NCBI GenBank assembly: GCA_902534685.1
Contig: CACAQP010000001.1
Location: forward strand, 1-51,627
Direction: 5' to 3'
DNA: 51,627 nt
From: an uncultured Prochlorococcus sp.
GTDB taxonomy: Bacteria; Cyanobacteriota; Cyanobacteriia; PCC-6307; Cyanobiaceae
The notes below the pieces were generated by a model. That model was not told the origin of the DNA. It saw only the letters and a program-made list of their open reading frames with translations, and ran no database searches. Both the position numbers and the translations under genes were made by a program. This document shows positions 10,939 to 20,648 of the stretch, piece after piece (within the stretch, counting starts at the first letter, position 1; each line of letters begins with the position of its first letter).

Positions 10939-11973
10939 TTAATCTGAAGATAAAAAAGTCTTTAAAAGCAGAAATTTTTCCCAAGGAAAACCTTGATTAA
11001 TTGAATACAAGGCTCTATTAAATCCTTGATGTAAATCCTCCTCTATGCCCGCTACCCAGAGAACTAATGCGGCATTTAATGCCACAACATAATTATGAGA
11101 TTTTTGACCAGAACCATTTAAAACAGACTTTAAGATTTCTTCATTAGATTCATTGTTAGAAACGACAAGCCTCTCATTTAAAATATTCTCATAATTAAAA
11201 TCTGAAATATTTATTTTCGAAAATCTTAAATTATCTTTTTCAACAAAGACTAATTTATTTTCCCCTTGTAGTGAGGCTTCATCAAGTCCGCCGCAACCAT
11301 GAACCACTATTGCTCTATTCATACCCATTTTCAATAATGCACTTCCCATAGGCTCTAAAAAATCTTCGGATGCTACACCTAATACTTGAGCATTTGGTCT
11401 TAAAGGATTTACCAATGGTCCCAGTTGATTAAATACAGTTCTTATCCCAAGATCCTTCCTTAAAGGGGCAAGTTTAATTAGTGATTTATGCCAAATAGGT
11501 GCGAACAAGAAAGTTATTCCAATTTCATTAACTGCAGAAATTACTTTTTCTAATGAACAATTTAAATTCAAACCAAGATTAAGCAAAACATCTGCAGAAC
11601 CGACTTTTCCACTAGCACTTTTATTTCCGTGCTTAGCTATTTTTACGCCACAAGATGCTGCTACAAATGCTACAGCAGTAGAAATATTAAATGTATTAGC
11701 TCCATCACCTCCAGTACCACATGTATCTACCATATATAAACTTGGTCGTTCTACTGGTAAATCGCAAACATTTAAAAGTTCCTTAGCCATTGAAGATAAT
11801 TCAACTCCTGAGCAACCCTTAGCTCTTAAAGCACTCAAAAAAGCACCTGTTTGAACATCAGAAATTTCATCATTAAGCCATCTTTGCATCAACAATCTGG
11901 AAGTAAACTCATCAAGGTTTTTCTTTTCCAACAAAATATTTAAGATTTCGGAATTCAATAAGTTAGAAGACAT
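10939..11973 (-). CDS. trpD: Anthranilate phosphoribosyltransferase
   Basis: [38 protein letters not shown]. Confidence 0.97.
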   Translation of the reverse strand: MSSNLLNSEILNILLEKKNLDEFTSRLLMQRWLNDEISDVQTGAFLSALRAKGCSGVELSSMAKELLNVCDLPVERPSLYMVDTCGTGGDGANTFNISTAVAFVAASCGVKIAKHGNKSASGKVGSADVLLNLGLNLNCSLEKVISAVNEIGITFLFAPIWHKSLIKLAPLRKDLGIRTVFNQLGPLVNPLRPNAQVLGVASEDFLEPMGSALLKMGMNRAIVVHGCGGLDEASLQGENKLVFVEKDNLRFSKINISDFNYENILNERLVVSNNESNEEILKSVLNGSGQKSHNYVVALNAALVLWVAGIEEDLHQGFNRALYSINQGFPWEKFLLLKTFLSSD

Positions 11974-11991
11974 TTATTTATTGATGAAAAT

Positions 11992-12288
11992 TTAATTTGA
12001 AGTATCAAAACCTGATCCAACTAAATCTTTAGTCGTATTAAAAGGCCTGAAACTTTTTGACCAAATATTTTTTGTTTTTAAAAAAAGTTCATTTTTAGTA
12101 ATTTTCCAAAATTTTAAAATTTTTTCAATATCATTTTTAATTTCAGTTTCACCAGGGAAATTTGAATAGCGATTTATTAATCTAGCTATATTTATATAAT
12201 CGAGATCTTCTGGTTTTTCTTTAGTAATAAGAGAATCTATAATATTCTTGTCTGTTGAATGTAGAGGATGAGTTTGTTCGTTACTCAT
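11992..12288 (-). CDS. DUF3288-family conserved cyanobacterial protein
   Basis: QTHPL..TD, ARLINRY.NFPG, IW; start taken as MSNEQ at 12288. Confidence 0.75.
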   Translation of the reverse strand: MSNEQTHPLHSTDKNIIDSLITKEKPEDLDYINIARLINRYSNFPGETEIKNDIEKILKFWKITKNELFLKTKNIWSKSFRPFNTTKDLVGSGFDTSN

Positions 12289-12368
12289 AGGTAAATACTG
12301 AATCATTTATAAAATTAGCTCACATATTTAAAAATGAAACATTATCTTAATCATATTGGTAAAATTAA

Positions 12369-14114
12369 ATGAAAAATCTAAAGTTAAAAGTTGTATTAAA
12401 ATATCTAAAACCTTACAAAAAGGAATTTTTATTTGGAGCTTCAGCTTTACTTGTAGTTAATATATTAAGCGTTGTAATTCCTTTAGAAGTAAGAAATATA
12501 ATTGATCAATTACAAAATGGGTTTTCTTCAGATTTTGTGATTTCAAAATCTTTGTGGTTAATTTTTTTAGCTACTTTTATGGGTTTAATAAGATTGTATT
12601 CGAGACAAATTGTATTTGGCATTGGCAGAAAGGTTGAGGTGAATCTTCGTCAGAGACTATTTGATCATTTACTAATTCAAGATCCAGAATGGATACAAAA
12701 AAAGGGAAGCGGAGACATCATAACTAGAGCTACAAGCGATGTTGAAAACATAAGAAGACTTTTAGGTTTTACGGTTTTAAGTTTATGCAACATTGTCTTA
12801 GCTTATTCATTTACTATTCCGTCGATGTTTTCGATTAATAAAACTCTTACCATCTCCGCGTTAATGATTTTCCCATTAATTCTTGGAATAGTAAGCTTAT
12901 TTGGCAGTAGAATGGTTAGTCAAAGAAAAGCTCAACAAGAATCATTATCCAAACTAAGTGATCTAATTCAAGAAGATCTCTCTGGTATAAGTGCTATCAA
13001 AATATATGCACAAGAAAATGCTGAGAAGAGAGAATTCAGTTTATATAATGATGCTTATCAAAATTCGGCGATAAAACTTGCAAGAACAGCCAGTACACTA
13101 TTCCCATTATTACAAGGTATTTCCTCAATATCATTATTGATTTTATTAGGATTAGGAACTTTTCAAATAGAGAATGGATTTATTTCCATAGGCGGTTTAG
13201 TCGCTTTAATTCTTTACGTAGAAAGGCTTGTATTCCCAACAGCCTTATTAGGTTTTACATTGAATACTTTTCAACTAGGTCAAGTAAGTTTGGATCGCAT
13301 AGAAGAAATCTTTCAGAACAATCCAAATATTGTAGATAGAGCAAAAACCAAATTTTTAAAGAAAAAAGTAAAAGGATTGTTAGAAGCTAAAGATTTAACG
13401 ATTAAATATCCAGGAGCAAATTTTAATTCATTAAATTGCTTAAATTTTAAAATTTATCCTGGAGAACTTATAGCAATAGTTGGGCCTGTAGGTTGTGGCA
13501 AAACAACATTAGCAAAGTCACTTGGAAGAACTATTGAAATTCCTGACGACAGCTTGTTTTTAGATAATATTGATATTAAAAATATTAAATTAAGTGATCT
13601 TAGAAAAAATATCTCAATTGTTCCACAAGAAGCATTCTTATTTACTTCAACTATTTCAGAAAACATTCGTTTTGGAGAACCAAAAGCTTCAAAGGAATTA
13701 GTAAAAGAAAGTGCAAAGAAGGCTGGTCTAATAGAAGATATCAATAATTTCCCTCAAAAGTTTAAAACAATTGTTGGTGAAAGAGGTATTACGTTAAGTG
13801 GTGGACAGAGGCAAAGAACAGCATTAGGAAGAGCATTGCTTGTAAATTCTCCCATAGTTGTTCTTGATGATGCTTTAGCAAGTGTCGACAATAAAACAGC
13901 AGCAATAATTATAGATGAAATGAGAGAAAGATGTAATAAAACGATCATAATGGTAAGTCACCAGCTTTCTGTGGCTGCTACTTGTGACAGGGTCTTAGTA
14001 ATGGACAAAGGAGAAATAGTACAAGAAGGTAATCATAAAGATTTGGTAAAAGAGAATGGATTATATAAACAACTTTGGGAAAGAGAACTAGCCACTAACA
14101 TAGTTAGAAGCTAA
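12369..14114 (+). CDS. ABC exporter, fused permease/ATP-binding (MdlA-like)
   Basis: TM domain plus Walker A GPVGCGKT, signature LSGGQRQR, Walker B VVLDD. Confidence 0.92.
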   Translation: MKNLKLKVVLKYLKPYKKEFLFGASALLVVNILSVVIPLEVRNIIDQLQNGFSSDFVISKSLWLIFLATFMGLIRLYSRQIVFGIGRKVEVNLRQRLFDHLLIQDPEWIQKKGSGDIITRATSDVENIRRLLGFTVLSLCNIVLAYSFTIPSMFSINKTLTISALMIFPLILGIVSLFGSRMVSQRKAQQESLSKLSDLIQEDLSGISAIKIYAQENAEKREFSLYNDAYQNSAIKLARTASTLFPLLQGISSISLLILLGLGTFQIENGFISIGGLVALILYVERLVFPTALLGFTLNTFQLGQVSLDRIEEIFQNNPNIVDRAKTKFLKKKVKGLLEAKDLTIKYPGANFNSLNCLNFKIYPGELIAIVGPVGCGKTTLAKSLGRTIEIPDDSLFLDNIDIKNIKLSDLRKNISIVPQEAFLFTSTISENIRFGEPKASKELVKESAKKAGLIEDINNFPQKFKTIVGERGITLSGGQRQRTALGRALLVNSPIVVLDDALASVDNKTAAIIIDEMRERCNKTIIMVSHQLSVAATCDRVLVMDKGEIVQEGNHKDLVKENGLYKQLWERELATNIVRS

Positions 14115-14150
14115 AAATTAATTTTTAGATTATTATAAAAAATTTAACTT

Positions 14151-14879
14151 ATGTTTGAATTCCTAAAGAGCATCATGAATAATGAAGAGCCAACTTTAAA
14201 TAATGATCTTAACTCAGTTCATAGAGTATTAAAAACTGATATCAAAAGAGATCCTAGTCCTCAAGAAGATGAAATAATATTTGGGTGCGGTTGTTTCTGG
14301 GGTGCTGAGAAATGTTTTTGGAAACTTCCAGGAGTTGTTACTACTTCCGTAGGATATGCAGGCGGTGAAAAAAGAAATCCAACTTATCATGAAGTATGTT
14401 CAGGCTTAACTGGTCATTCAGAAGTTGTTAGGGTTATTTGGGATAAAAGAGAAATAGATATAAGTGATTTATTAAAAATGTTTTGGGAATGTCATGACCC
14501 TACACAAAAGAATAGACAAGGCAATGATATGGGAACTCAATATAGAACAGCAATTTATTATAAAAATGAAAAAAACAAACAAATCATATTAGCAAGCAAA
14601 GAACAATATCAAAAAGAACTTAACAAGAAAAATTTTGGTTTAATTGAAACAGAAATAAAAATGATTGATACCTATTATTATGCAGAGGATTACCATCAAC
14701 AATATCTAGCATCATTAGGCAGCAGGCAATATTGTTCAGCCTCTCCTACAAAAGTAAAATTAGGAAATTTTACCGGAAATAATTACAAGTTAAAAGAAAA
14801 TGTATGGGATAACTTTAATTGGGAAATTGACAAGTGTGTATTGAGATCTGATAATAATCCTATAAAAAATAACATTTAA
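14151..14879 (+). CDS. msrA: Peptide methionine sulfoxide reductase A
   Basis: GCFWG active site, HDPTQ.NRQGND.GTQYR, AEDYHQQYL. Confidence 0.95.
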   Translation: MFEFLKSIMNNEEPTLNNDLNSVHRVLKTDIKRDPSPQEDEIIFGCGCFWGAEKCFWKLPGVVTTSVGYAGGEKRNPTYHEVCSGLTGHSEVVRVIWDKREIDISDLLKMFWECHDPTQKNRQGNDMGTQYRTAIYYKNEKNKQIILASKEQYQKELNKKNFGLIETEIKMIDTYYYAEDYHQQYLASLGSRQYCSASPTKVKLGNFTGNNYKLKENVWDNFNWEIDKCVLRSDNNPIKNNI

Positions 14880-14906
14880 ATAAGCCACTTTATTATAGTA
14901 ATAATA

Positions 14907-14980
14907 CGGGGCGTAGCGCAGTTTGGTAGCGCACCACTTTGGGGTAGTGGGGGTCGTGGGTTCAAATCCCGCCGTTCCGA
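14907..14980 (+). tRNA. tRNA-Pro (GGG)
   Basis: CGGGGCG/CGTTCCG acceptor stem, D-arm, anticodon stem CCACT-ttGGGgt-AGTGG, TTCAAAT T-loop; CCA not encoded. Confidence 0.97.
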
Positions 14981-15133
14981 TTATTTATCATCTTCATTTA
15001 TAAGGGATTTATATAATTTATAAGAGCTAATGCCAACAGCTATAAAAGTAAAAGATGAAAAAAAGGCTAAAACTAATATGGTGAGGTTTGAAACTTCAAT
15101 TTCACCTAACTGTAAAGATATAAAAATATTCAT
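14981..15133 (-). CDS. 50-aa single-pass membrane protein (not in ORF track)
   Basis: Translated by hand: MNIFISLQLGEIEVSNLTILVLAFFSSFTFIAVGISSYKLYKSLINEDDK. Fills the tRNA-uppP gap. Confidence 0.6.
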   Translation of the reverse strand: MNIFISLQLGEIEVSNLTILVLAFFSSFTFIAVGISSYKLYKSLINEDDK

Positions 15134-15187
15134 TAGGTATAGTTTTAATAAACCCTAACATAATTACAATTTATTTTTTACAGTAGG

Positions 15188-15988
15188 CTATAGATTTAGA
15201 AGAACTATAAACCCAAATACAACCCGATAGACTATAAATAATTTCAAACCATTTGAGGAGATATACCTTAATAAAAAATTGATAGCTAGTAATGAAGTTA
15301 TAAATGCCGTACTTAAACCAACAATAAGAGGAGGGAAATTTAATAAAGAAAATTCACTAAAAGAAGAAATGAATTCAACTATAGCAGCAAAAGTAATAGC
15401 AGGTATGCCTAAAAGAAATGAGAATTTTGCAGCGTCACTTCTTTTCCAACCTGATAATAGACAGGTAGAAATAGTAATACCAGATCTTGAAACACCAGGT
15501 AAAATGGAAAAGGCTTGAGAAAGACCTATCAAAAAACTATCTGTATAGTTATGGTTTTTTATGTTTTTAGAGCCTTTTTTCGAAATATCAGCTATGTACA
15601 TAAAAATAGCCATAAGAAAAGAAACTAATGATATTGATAAATTTGAACGAAGAAAATTATCAAAAAAATAGGGTATAAATAATTTTATGGCCCCACCAAG
15701 CAGAATAATTGGAATAGTGCCAATGAAAATTGACCGCATTAACCTTTCATGAAATAAATAATCGAATAAGCTTTTTGAAGAATAAATTCTTAATTTAAAA
15801 ATTTCATTCCTAAAGTACCAAACCAAAGCAAAAACACTTCCAAGTTGAATAATTGCTGATAAAGAGGGGCCAGGGTCTTTAACTCCAAATAAAAGAGAAA
15901 TGACCTTTAAATGAGCAGTGCTACTTACAGGAATAAATTCTGTTAAACCTTGAATTAAACCATATAAAATAAATTTTAAATATTCCAA
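15188..15988 (-). CDS. uppP: Undecaprenyl-diphosphate phosphatase
   Basis: GLIQGLTEFIPVSSTAHL, IQLGS, PGVSRSGITI, FSFLLGIP. Confidence 0.93.
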   Translation of the reverse strand: MEYLKFILYGLIQGLTEFIPVSSTAHLKVISLLFGVKDPGPSLSAIIQLGSVFALVWYFRNEIFKLRIYSSKSLFDYLFHERLMRSIFIGTIPIILLGGAIKLFIPYFFDNFLRSNLSISLVSFLMAIFMYIADISKKGSKNIKNHNYTDSFLIGLSQAFSILPGVSRSGITISTCLLSGWKRSDAAKFSFLLGIPAITFAAIVEFISSFSEFSLLNFPPLIVGLSTAFITSLLAINFLLRYISSNGLKLFIVYRVVFGFIVLLNL

Positions 15989-16069
15989 AAACTCTTAAAT
16001 TCCTTGCTTTATTAATAGCAATTTATAAAAAACAATTTACATTTCATAAGTAAAAGGTAATATGGATTA

Positions 16070-16351
16070 ATGAAAGAAAAATCGTTTTTAATAATATTAT
16101 TGCTTTTTATTCAATTATCTTTTTCTGAATCTTTAAAGGCAAAATATTGGTTAATAATAGGAACTTATAGACAAGGTCCAGGAGGAAGACCAGAGGTAAG
16201 TGGGATAACTAGCCCTTCCTTACATTCTATTCCAATGAAAGATTTGGAAACATGTAAAGAGGCCGGTGCAAAAATTACGAATGAAATATATAAGCCAGTT
16301 TGGCAGTTTGATAGCAAATGGACTTGTATATTTAGCGGTGATCAAAATTAA
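16070..16351 (+). CDS. Hypothetical secreted protein, 93 aa, two Cys
   Basis: Signal peptide ending LKA, followed by YWLII...CKEAG...WTCI. Confidence 0.65.
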   Translation: MKEKSFLIILLLFIQLSFSESLKAKYWLIIGTYRQGPGGRPEVSGITSPSLHSIPMKDLETCKEAGAKITNEIYKPVWQFDSKWTCIFSGDQN

Positions 16352-16353
16352 AG

Positions 16354-16488
16354 TTATCTTTTAACGTCGTGTGCACATCCATCTCCAGTATAATTTTCAC
16401 TTTCGTAAAAATCATTCTTTGTTCCAAAATAAATAGTTAATAAAACGAAAGGTAAGCTTAATATAAATAAAATAGTGGTTAAATCCAT
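16354..16488 (-). CDS. ndhP: NDH-1 complex small subunit NdhP (not in ORF track)
   Basis: MDLTTILFILSLPFVLLTIYFGTKNDFYESENYTGDGCAHDVKR: one TM helix, then an FGT.N.FY....Y.G.G.AH tail characteristic of cyanobacterial NdhP. Confidence 0.85.
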   Translation of the reverse strand: MDLTTILFILSLPFVLLTIYFGTKNDFYESENYTGDGCAHDVKR

Positions 16489-16555
16489 ATCTATAAACTG
16501 TAATTAATAAAGTTCTAAAGTGAGATAATTAAACAATTGTTAATTAATCATAGGA

Positions 16556-16681
16556 TTAATAATCTGTAGGACCTTTGATTCCGAGATAAAAGAAAGCCCC
16601 TAAGCCCACTAAAAGTAAAACGCCTGCAATAGCGGCAGAAGGAACAAAACCTCCTATTGCAAAAGAAGAAAAATAAATCAT
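16556..16681 (-). CDS. 41-aa Gly/Ala-rich single-pass membrane protein (not in ORF track)
   Basis: MIYFSSFAIGGFVPSAAIAGVLLLVGLGAFFYLGIKGPTDY; more GC-rich than the flanking intergenic DNA. Confidence 0.7.
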   Translation of the reverse strand: MIYFSSFAIGGFVPSAAIAGVLLLVGLGAFFYLGIKGPTDY

Positions 16682-16771
16682 CTAATTAAACTTAAACTAG
16701 ATTGATAATATCAGTAAAATCAAGCTATTTGTTAAAAATTTTGACTCGAAGACAATTGGCTATTTCTTATT

Positions 16772-16999
16772 CTAAGCGACCAAAGTAGAATCTTCGTTAT
16801 CAGATGAAACTCTTATTCTCTCTTCAAGTTTAGGACCATATAATTCATTTCCCCAAATTTCGACTCTTGAATCATTAGGGGCCATAAAAGTAAGGATATC
16901 AGTTGGAAATAACACTCTCTCCAAAAAAAAATTTGAAGGACCGACACATCTCAAAACGACCATTCTACTTCCTTCGTTTTTGTAAGAAAATTCAACCAT
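16772..16999 (-). CDS. DUF1830-family protein, probably nitrogen-stress induced
   Basis: YKN...MVVLRC.GP.NFFLERVLFP...F.AP motif; NtcA box upstream; start set at ATG 16999. Confidence 0.8.
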   Translation of the reverse strand: MVEFSYKNEGSRMVVLRCVGPSNFFLERVLFPTDILTFMAPNDSRVEIWGNELYGPKLEERIRVSSDNEDSTLVA

Positions 17000-17050
17000 T
17001 CGTAATGAGCAAAACAATATTATTAAACACTATTTTAAGCTGGTAAAAAT

Positions 17051-17064
17051 GTATAAAAAATTAC
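17051..17064 (-). promoter_or_regulatory. NtcA-binding site upstream of the DUF1830 gene
   Basis: GTA-TAAAAAAT-TAC is an exact GTA-N8-TAC; a -10-like TTTAAT lies 23 nt downstream on the minus strand. Confidence 0.75.
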
Positions 17065-17088
17065 TTAAAGAAAAGAAATATATAAATT

Positions 17089-18033
17089 TTATATACTTAA
17101 TCCAGACTCAACTAAATTTCTTTCTTGATCAATTAATAACAAAGCATAAGAATTAATGTCATCAAAACATTTTTGGGGAATAGAAACATTGAGCATTCTT
17201 AAGAAATTAGATAATTTTTCATCTTGAAGAGCATTTCCTTTCTGTAAAAACATTTCTTTTTCTTGATTTGACTTCCAAATATTCATATATTCAAATTTTA
17301 AAGGCTTCAAGTGCCATATATTGTCTATTAAACTCCAGACATCCAAATATGTGTTTAAGTTATTTTGTATTTTTATCCTATAAGAAGATTCCTGAATACT
17401 TAATTCTGAATGACTAATGTATTGATCATTTATGCTAATAGAACAAGGTTCAACTCCCAAAAACCATCCTTCAATAATTAACAAATCAGGTTTATCCGAT
17501 CTCCAATGAGATCTATCTCCTAAACCATTTCTTAAAGATTTATCGAAAACAGGTACATTTAGTTCTCCACTAATTTTCCAATTTGATAATTTCTCGTGCA
17601 TTAATTTTACTGAGTGACTACCAGGGAAACCTCTTGAAACATTCCAAGGGTTATTCTTAATTGCTAGTTTCATTTCATCTGATGGGAGGTAAAAATCATC
17701 AATTGAAATAACAGCAATTTTGAAATTAAGTTTTAATGATATTGCTTCGAGCCATTTACCTAAAGTAGTTTTACCTGTTCCAGGAAGAGCTGAGATACCG
17801 ATTATCTTTCTAGTTGAAAAATTATTTTGAAATTTATATGCCTGAGAAATTAGAGGTAAAGCTAAACCCCAAATCCAATCATCCTTAACATTATTATTCC
17901 AATATTGATCAATTGAAAGTATATTTTTATGCTTATACCAAAAATTGAACCAATCTTCTAAAGATTCCCAGCCAATATCAATAATTAACTTTTCAAATTT
18001 AACAAGTGAGAAATTAATATCTAAATCATTCAT
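17089..18033 (-). CDS. P-loop kinase, D-glycerate 3-kinase (GLYK)-like
   Basis: GISALPGTGKTTL, SIDDFYL, RGFPGSH, PVFDKSLRNGLGDR and IIEGWFLG all match GLYK-type motifs. Confidence 0.75.
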   Translation of the reverse strand: MNDLDINFSLVKFEKLIIDIGWESLEDWFNFWYKHKNILSIDQYWNNNVKDDWIWGLALPLISQAYKFQNNFSTRKIIGISALPGTGKTTLGKWLEAISLKLNFKIAVISIDDFYLPSDEMKLAIKNNPWNVSRGFPGSHSVKLMHEKLSNWKISGELNVPVFDKSLRNGLGDRSHWRSDKPDLLIIEGWFLGVEPCSISINDQYISHSELSIQESSYRIKIQNNLNTYLDVWSLIDNIWHLKPLKFEYMNIWKSNQEKEMFLQKGNALQDEKLSNFLRMLNVSIPQKCFDDINSYALLLIDQERNLVESGLSI

Positions 18034-18037
18034 CCTT

Positions 18038-18835
18038 TTAACTTAGTTCACGCATATTTATTAATTTATTAATTTCATTTTTCCAACCATATCCATTTGG
18101 TTCAGAAGCTAAAGTAAATTCAAAATCTTTTAATTTATCTAATAAATTTAAGTTAGGTCCATCTATTCCAGGGATGACAATTCTAATATCTGAGTTTAAA
18201 AGCAGAGGTAAATCATTTGGAGAATCGCCCAAACCTATAATTTCGATATTTTGAATATTTGAATATTCTTTAAGTGCATTTATTGCTTTACCTTTATTCG
18301 ATTTTGTAGATAATAAATGACTCATTCTATTTCCCTTAAAAATACCAACATTGAACTTTTTACAACAGATATTAATTTTCTCTTCTAAATAATTTGGGGG
18401 ATTTAAAAAAGGCATGCTCCAATGTCTATCTCTCATTAAGTTCAATGAATTGCCTTCTAAACCTGTGAGATGGGTACATTCTTGATCGGTAAGATTATTA
18501 AGAGGGATAAGTTTGTAATTGATTTCTTTAGAAATAGAATTTAAGATTTCTTCAAGAATTTCGTATTTGGTTCCAAGAATAATTTCTCCATTAAATCTTT
18601 TGAGAGATTCACCATAAATTGCCGCACCATTTTCAACAATATACGGATCAGTTAAATTCAATTCATTCCTAATAACTCTCACCTCTGATGCTGTCTTACT
18701 TGTACAAAGAATTACTGGTATAGATAATTTTTGTAGTTTTTTTATAGTTTCTCTAGCAGGTGATAAATCATAGGAGTGATCCATTAAAGTACCATCTACA
18801 TCAGTAACTACCCAAATAGAAGAATTTTCTGTCAT
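18038..18835 (-). CDS. gpgP: Glucosyl/mannosyl-3-phosphoglycerate phosphatase (HAD-IIB)
   Basis: TDVDGTL, CTSKT, IVENGA, GDSPND; clustered with gpgS. Confidence 0.85.
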   Translation of the reverse strand: MTENSSIWVVTDVDGTLMDHSYDLSPARETIKKLQKLSIPVILCTSKTASEVRVIRNELNLTDPYIVENGAAIYGESLKRFNGEIILGTKYEILEEILNSISKEINYKLIPLNNLTDQECTHLTGLEGNSLNLMRDRHWSMPFLNPPNYLEEKINICCKKFNVGIFKGNRMSHLLSTKSNKGKAINALKEYSNIQNIEIIGLGDSPNDLPLLLNSDIRIVIPGIDGPNLNLLDKLKDFEFTLASEPNGYGWKNEINKLINMRELS

Positions 18836-18837
18836 TT

Positions 18838-20598
18838 TTATAAAGCACTAAGCCAAATCACTTGAAAAGGATCAAGACTAATATTTTTACAATTGTATTT
18901 TTTGGATGTCAAAAAATCATGAGTATTGAAATCATTATCAATTATTTTAGGCAGATCATTATCATTCAATTGATAATTAATTTTATTTTCAGTAATATTA
19001 TGTATTGCAAAAACAGACTCAGGTCCTTTACCTCTTTTGATAACAACAATATCACTTCTTCCTTTAGACAAACATTTCATTTCTGAACAAGGATGAAATT
19101 GCTTTAATTCTGATCTGACATCCATAGCATTACGAAGATATTCCAAGTTTTTATTAGCATTAGATTCAGGATTATTTAAAACGGCTAAAAGATTTTCTGA
19201 TTTAAACTTTTCTCTATTTAGGTCTCTTCTTTGACCAGTCATAGAAAAACTTTTGATATCATTTTCTGAAGCTAGTAATGCTGGTAAATAAAAGGCTGGA
19301 ACCCCTTTCAGAGCCATTACTAATAATTGACTCAAAATAAATCTCTCATATTGAAATCTTTTAGCATCTCTACTGGAGTCTTCCATTGCACTCCACCAAC
19401 TAATATTCAATTCGTAAGGTTTATCATCACCATTTGATAAACGTCTATGGCTTACTAATCCGCCTCTTTTCTCACAATTAATTAATAAATCTTTTATTCT
19501 CTGTTCATTCATTAACCCCTCAAGAGCTCTAAGCCCGACACCATCGTGCGATGCTGTGAAATTAAAAAGAGTAGTATCATCAGGTAATTCTGGCCAATCA
19601 AAAATCCATGAGTTTAAAATATCAGCTCTTGAAGTAATAATTGCTTCTAGGAGCAGAGGAGGCAAAGGAAAATTATAAGCCATATGGGCTTCATCATCAG
19701 GAATCAGATAAGATAAATTTTCCTTCTGAGGAACATTAGTTTCAGTTATTAAAACCCCCTCATCAAGAAGATTATTTAAAAGAACTCTTAAGAGTTTCAC
19801 AATTGAATGTGCTTTTGGTAAATGCAAGCACGTTGTCCCTGACTCCTTCCAAATAAAACCTACAGCATCAAGCCTGAACCATTTAATTCCATTAGATAAA
19901 TAAGTAATAATTAAATTTAAAAACTCAAGAGTCATTTTTGGATTATGCCAATTCAAATCAATTTGATCTGGGCCAAAGGTTGTCCAAACTTGTTTAGGGC
20001 CATCTTCAGTATTTATTTGAGAAAACAAAGAGGAACTTCTTGGTCTAACTACATTTGACCAGTCAAGATTCTGTTTCGGCGAAAAAACATTTGATATACC
20101 CGGTTCTTGAGATTTAATAAATTGTTGAACCCATGGGTGAGATGATGAGACATGGTTTAGTACTAAATCAGCCATTAAATCATGATTTTTAGAAATACTT
20201 TTTAGATCATCCCAACCACCAAATTTTTCTTCTAAGGAATCATAACTTGAGACTGCAAAACCTCCATCACTTGAAGATTTTAAAAAAGGAAGAATATGAA
20301 CAACTTTAGAAAGACTACCAAAATGTTTACTTAACAACTCACTAAGAGTTAATAACGTTGCCTCGCCTTTTTTATAAATGCTATCTGCATAAGTTATCAA
20401 AACCGAATGAGATTCATTCCACCTTTCATCATCTCTTATTTCTTCATAAGAAGATTTCTCTGAGAAATCATCTAAAATCTGTAATAATTGATTTGAAATA
20501 AAATTAATTTCTTCTGTAGTATTATTTGAATAAATTGTTTTTAACAATTTATCAATCTTTAATCTATCTAATTTTTTCTCTGAATCAATTTGCTTCAC
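18838..20598 (-). CDS. gmgG: GH13_18 sugar phosphorylase, probably glucosylglycerate phosphorylase
   Basis: LITYAD, HILPF, DLVLNH, WTTF..DQIDLN, RLDAVG, ITETN, ASHDG, PYELN. Confidence 0.8.
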   Translation of the reverse strand: MKQIDSEKKLDRLKIDKLLKTIYSNNTTEEINFISNQLLQILDDFSEKSSYEEIRDDERWNESHSVLITYADSIYKKGEATLLTLSELLSKHFGSLSKVVHILPFLKSSSDGGFAVSSYDSLEEKFGGWDDLKSISKNHDLMADLVLNHVSSSHPWVQQFIKSQEPGISNVFSPKQNLDWSNVVRPRSSSLFSQINTEDGPKQVWTTFGPDQIDLNWHNPKMTLEFLNLIITYLSNGIKWFRLDAVGFIWKESGTTCLHLPKAHSIVKLLRVLLNNLLDEGVLITETNVPQKENLSYLIPDDEAHMAYNFPLPPLLLEAIITSRADILNSWIFDWPELPDDTTLFNFTASHDGVGLRALEGLMNEQRIKDLLINCEKRGGLVSHRRLSNGDDKPYELNISWWSAMEDSSRDAKRFQYERFILSQLLVMALKGVPAFYLPALLASENDIKSFSMTGQRRDLNREKFKSENLLAVLNNPESNANKNLEYLRNAMDVRSELKQFHPCSEMKCLSKGRSDIVVIKRGKGPESVFAIHNITENKINYQLNDNDLPKIIDNDFNTHDFLTSKKYNCKNISLDPFQVIWLSAL

Positions 20599-20648
20599 TT
20601 TGAAAAAATCAACGAAGTATTAATACTATTCTGCACATCAATTAGAAA

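Noticed and set aside
14907-16700. Integrated mobile element at tRNA-Pro
   Set aside because: No integrase and no repeat of the tRNA 3' end seen in the window.
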